Below, in pieces: positions 14,298 to 17,271 of a stretch of DNA of 17,271 bases. The notes beneath the pieces are model-generated. The model did not search any database, had not been told where the DNA came from, and was given only the letters and a program-made list of their open reading frames with translations. The position numbers and the translations under genes were made by a program. The stretch's first letter is position 1; every line of letters starts with the position of its first letter. Origin of the DNA: Bdellovibrionales bacterium (GTDB taxonomy: Bacteria; Bdellovibrionota; Bdellovibrionia; Bdellovibrionales; UBA1609). The stretch lies in assembly GCA_050246815.1 (NCBI GenBank), contig JBFWVI010000055.1, forward strand, positions 1 through 17,271. The letters run 5' to 3'.

Positions 14298-14831
14298 ATG
14301 GCGCGCGAAAGATACGAGTTTGCCAAAATTCTCGAGGGGATTTTAAAGTCTGATTCGGGCGCAAAATCCGCAACAGAAGCGGTTTTACAGAAACATGACC
14401 AGTTCAATGCCCGCCTCAACCAAAGCCAGATCTGGTGGCATACGCCGGCAGCGCCTACGCGTCCCATTAAGACAGCCACCGCCTATCCACGACCACATCT
14501 AGTGTCGCCTGTAGCTAATACCAAAATCCCTGCGCCGCCCCTGGTAAAGCCCATACGACCCGAACGGTCTATTCAGCTTAGCCAACTGCCCCGCACCGTC
14601 AAGCAAGCTGCTGAGCAGATCTATAACCGTGCGGGCCTGCCCTTGCCAGAAGCGTTGAAGGAATATGAATTCCGTCAGATTTACCGTCGCTTAGCAAGAC
14701 GACTTCATCCTGACAGTCAAATTGGCTTGGTGGGTCGTGATGTAAATGCTTTGGCCGCGGATTTTCGCGAGTTGAAAACCAACTATGATTTGGTACGCCG
14801 GGAGTTCAAGAAAAACAGCCCCTCTACCTAA
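14298..14831 (+). CDS. protein with a Pro-rich linker and a C-terminal J-domain (DnaJ-like, HPD motif)
   Basis: EFRQIYRRLARRLHPD...FRELKTNYDLV matches J-domain helices II-III with HPD. No SD; GCCGATAA lies 6 nt upstream of the ATG. Confidence 0.7.
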   Translation: MARERYEFAKILEGILKSDSGAKSATEAVLQKHDQFNARLNQSQIWWHTPAAPTRPIKTATAYPRPHLVSPVANTKIPAPPLVKPIRPERSIQLSQLPRTVKQAAEQIYNRAGLPLPEALKEYEFRQIYRRLARRLHPDSQIGLVGRDVNALAADFRELKTNYDLVRREFKKNSPST

Positions 14832-14844
14832 GGGGCTTTTATTT
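14811..14844. terminator. intrinsic terminator between the convergent J-domain gene and ettA
   Basis: AGCCCCT-CTACCTA-AGGGGCT followed by TTTATTT and preceded by an A-tract. Confidence 0.6.
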
Positions 14845-14865
14845 CGCTATAATTATGATTCGCAA

Positions 14866-16545
14866 TTAATTGGTCATCTTGCGGTATTTGATGCGTTTAG
14901 GGACCAGAACGTCCATCCCGGTGCGTTTTTTAAGATCCGCTTCGTATTCCGAGTAGTTACCAGTGAAAAATTCAACATGGCTGTCACCCTCAAAACCCAT
15001 AATGTGGGTACAGATGCGATCCAAAAACCAGCGGTCATGGCTAATGATCATCGCACTGCCGCCAAACTCCAGCAGAGCGTCTTCCAGTGCCCGCATTGTA
15101 TTCACGTCCAAGTCATTTGTGGGCTCGTCAAGGAGCAGAAGATTGGCGCCCTGTTTAAGCATTTTGCCCAGGTAAAGACGGTTCTTTTCGCCCCCAGAAA
15201 GGTCTTTGACCCGCTTTTGCTGAGCATCCCCGGTGAAATTGAACCAAGAAGCATAGGCACGGGCCGCCACCTCGCGATTACCCAAGCGAACAATATCTTG
15301 GCCATCTGAGATCTCTTGCCACACCAAACGCTCACCATCGGTGCTGGCGCGGGCCTGATCAACATACGCTAGCTTTACTGTGTCCCCCAAACGCAAACTG
15401 CCTTTGTCGGGTTTGACCTCACCGGTGATCATTTTAAAGAGCGTACTTTTACCAGCGCCGTTGGGACCCACAATACCAACAATGCCACCGCGGGGAATTT
15501 GGAAAGAGAGGTTTTCGATCAAAAGCTTGTCATCATAGGCCTTGCTAAGGCCTATGCCCTCAACCACCACTTCGCCCAAACGTGGGCCTGGCGGGATGTA
15601 GATCTGCAGCTCTTGCATTTTTTCTGGTGTCGGCTCTTTCACTAAGTTCTCATAGTTTGACAAGCGGGCCTTTGATTTGCCCTGACGGGCCCGGGGTGAC
15701 ATACGCACCCATTCAAGCTCTCGCTCGAGCGTTTTGTTGCGCTTTTGGTCGGCTTTTGCTTCTTGCGAAAGACGCGTGTCCTTTTGCTCAAGCCACGAGG
15801 AGTAATTGCCTTTCCATGGAATGCCTTCGCCACGATCAAGCTCCAAGATCCAGCCCGCCACATTGTCCAAGAAATAACGATCGTGGGTCACGGCGATGAC
15901 CGTACCAGAAAATGTGCCCAAGAAATGCTCTAGCCACGCCACTGATTCGGCATCCAAATGGTTGGTGGGTTCGTCGAGCAGCAAAATATCCGGTTTTGAC
16001 AACAACAAACGAGTCAAAGCAATCCGGCGTCGCTCACCACCCGATAAATTGGCAACGGGCCAATCGCCTGGAGGGCAACGAAGAGCGTCCATAGCCTGCT
16101 CGACCTTTTGATCGATTTCCCAGCCATCGACAGCTTCAATTTTTTCTTGGATTTTGCCCTGCTTTTCGATCAACTTTTCCATTTCATTTGGATCCAGCTC
16201 GGGATCGTTGAATTTTTCGCTAATTTCATTAAATTCGCGCAGCCAATCGTTCAAGGCGCCGAGGCCAGCCATGACGTTCTCTTTGACCGTCTTATTTTCA
16301 TCAAGGCGTGGATTTTGTTCGAGGTAACCCACTTTAAAGTCACGAGCTGGAAAGGCTTCACCCAGAAACTCCTGATCCACACCCGCCATGATTTTGAGCA
16401 AGGAAGACTTGCCCGCACCATTCAAACCTAAAACGCCGATTTTAGCGCCATAGAAATACGAAAGGTAAATGTCTTTTAAGACGTAACGATTGGGGGGATA
16501 GACTTTGCTGACACCCTTCATCGTGTAGATAATTTCATGAGACAT
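14866..16545 (-). CDS. ettA: energy-dependent translational throttle protein EttA (ABC-F)
   Basis: GAKIGVLGLNGAGKS, AMDALRCPP, LSGGERRR, LLLDEPTNHLDAESVAWLE, ELEWVRMSPRARQGKSKARL, IYIPPGPRLG and a second ABC domain GPNGAGKS/LSGGEKNR. Start reassigned to ATG 16545 (MSHEIIY, SD GGAGAGG). Confidence 0.96.
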   Translation of the reverse strand: MSHEIIYTMKGVSKVYPPNRYVLKDIYLSYFYGAKIGVLGLNGAGKSSLLKIMAGVDQEFLGEAFPARDFKVGYLEQNPRLDENKTVKENVMAGLGALNDWLREFNEISEKFNDPELDPNEMEKLIEKQGKIQEKIEAVDGWEIDQKVEQAMDALRCPPGDWPVANLSGGERRRIALTRLLLSKPDILLLDEPTNHLDAESVAWLEHFLGTFSGTVIAVTHDRYFLDNVAGWILELDRGEGIPWKGNYSSWLEQKDTRLSQEAKADQKRNKTLERELEWVRMSPRARQGKSKARLSNYENLVKEPTPEKMQELQIYIPPGPRLGEVVVEGIGLSKAYDDKLLIENLSFQIPRGGIVGIVGPNGAGKSTLFKMITGEVKPDKGSLRLGDTVKLAYVDQARASTDGERLVWQEISDGQDIVRLGNREVAARAYASWFNFTGDAQQKRVKDLSGGEKNRLYLGKMLKQGANLLLLDEPTNDLDVNTMRALEDALLEFGGSAMIISHDRWFLDRICTHIMGFEGDSHVEFFTGNYSEYEADLKKRTGMDVLVPKRIKYRKMTN

Positions 16546-16640
16546 TGGACCCTCTCCTTCGATTGGCAGACGAATACGAATAGCGGATAAGCGGCGGCTT
16601 GTCAAAATGTCGGCCTTGGGCTTACCCTTATGACTACACT

Positions 16641-17087
16641 ATGAAACGCATTTTCGGACAAGCCTCTTTGAGCGAGCTCTGCGAGTCGGCTTTAAGCCAG
16701 CTTGAAGGCCATGATTTAGAGCGTGCACAGGTCGATGAAAAGGCGCTTCTCGAGGGAAAAATCCGCGAAGAACTCTATATTCGTTTAAAACAACAATTAG
16801 AGAGTTTCTGCCAGACCGAACCCGTGGCCGAGGCGGTTGCCGTAGCCACCGAAAAGATTACGGCCGCAAAGGAAGCCCTGGCCGTCGAATCCCAGAAGAA
16901 GGCCACTCCCGTACCGGTCACGCAAAAAATCAAAGCAACAAACGATCATGATGGTTTTTTGCGTTCAATAGCCGCTTTTAAGCAAGAACAGAAAAGCAAA
17001 ACCGAAAATGCTTCCTCAGCCAGTTCGCACACACCCCCCTTAAGTCAACTGATCGACACGGCCGCAGAGCTAGACGCTTTTCGTTAA
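16641..17087 (+). CDS. hypothetical protein (helical, acidic/Ala-rich)
   Basis: Open frame divergent from ettA. First ATG at 16641, with a possible promoter TTGTCA-18-TACCCT at 16599-16628. No family recognised. Confidence 0.55.
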   Translation: MKRIFGQASLSELCESALSQLEGHDLERAQVDEKALLEGKIREELYIRLKQQLESFCQTEPVAEAVAVATEKITAAKEALAVESQKKATPVPVTQKIKATNDHDGFLRSIAAFKQEQKSKTENASSASSHTPPLSQLIDTAAELDAFR

Positions 17088-17092
17088 AGAGC

Positions 17093-17271
17093 TTACCCTG
17101 TGCTAAAATTTCGGTTTCTCTGAATCAAAATGACGGCTTCATATCGAGAAGCTCCCAGCCCCTCAAGCTCATTGATTTCAACGTAGTCTTTAAGGCTGAG
17201 GTAAGCCCGCAGTCCACGCACCACTCGGCTGAAAGGGCGATAATCCCAAAAACGACTCACTTTAGTCTTTG
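17093..17271 (-). mobile_element. 3' end of a probable Y1 HUH (RAYT/IS200-like) transposase gene, truncated by the window edge
   Basis: Not in the ORF track. The minus-strand frame 17269-17093 reads KTKVSRFWDYRPFSRVVRGLRAYLSLKDYVEINELEGLGASRYEAVILIQRNRNFSTG*. FW-x-x-R-P-F-S-R-V-V followed by Y-V-x-x-N resembles the C-terminal catalytic-Tyr helix of RAYT-type transposases. The HUH motif would lie outside the window. Confidence 0.55.

Noticed and set aside
14848..14853. Perfect TATAAT pointing antisense into ettA
   Set aside because: There is no -35 or extended -10, and it sits in an AT-rich terminator region, so it is likely chance.
16546..16640. ORF-track N-terminal extensions of ettA (from 16605) and of the 16599 ORF
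   Set aside because: The two extensions overlap each other in a divergent promoter region. Better starts exist at 16545 (with SD) and 16641.

Overview
Bacterial chromosomal window of roughly 50% GC. The gene style suggests Bdellovibrionota, but this is an inference. From left to right it holds tRNA-Asp(GTC), a secreted hypothetical protein, and a tightly coupled 7-gene minus-strand catabolic operon (1095-7916). The operon encodes an atypical SDR, a luciferase-like monooxygenase, a 2-aminomuconate-semialdehyde-type ALDH, the beta and alpha subunits of a 2-aminophenol 1,6-dioxygenase, a class-3 asparaginase-fold hydrolase with a remodelled metal site, and a Rid-family deaminase. Next come smr-orn, an outer-membrane beta-barrel and small secreted proteins, ahcY, map, a Nudix hydrolase, a histone-H1-like/SWIB protein, a J-domain protein, ettA, a hypothetical protein, and the 3' end of a probable RAYT/IS200-like Y1 transposase cut by the window edge. 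Three things stand out. (1) The aminophenol ring-cleavage operon has non-canonical upstream and downstream enzymes, suggesting an undescribed pathway for an aminoaromatic substrate. (2) A helically phased array of TTTYHCGAGGGRRAAA motifs lies upstream of the SWIB nucleoid-like gene. (3) A perfect REP-like palindrome follows ahcY. Family assignments rest on motif recognition from memory; no searches were run.
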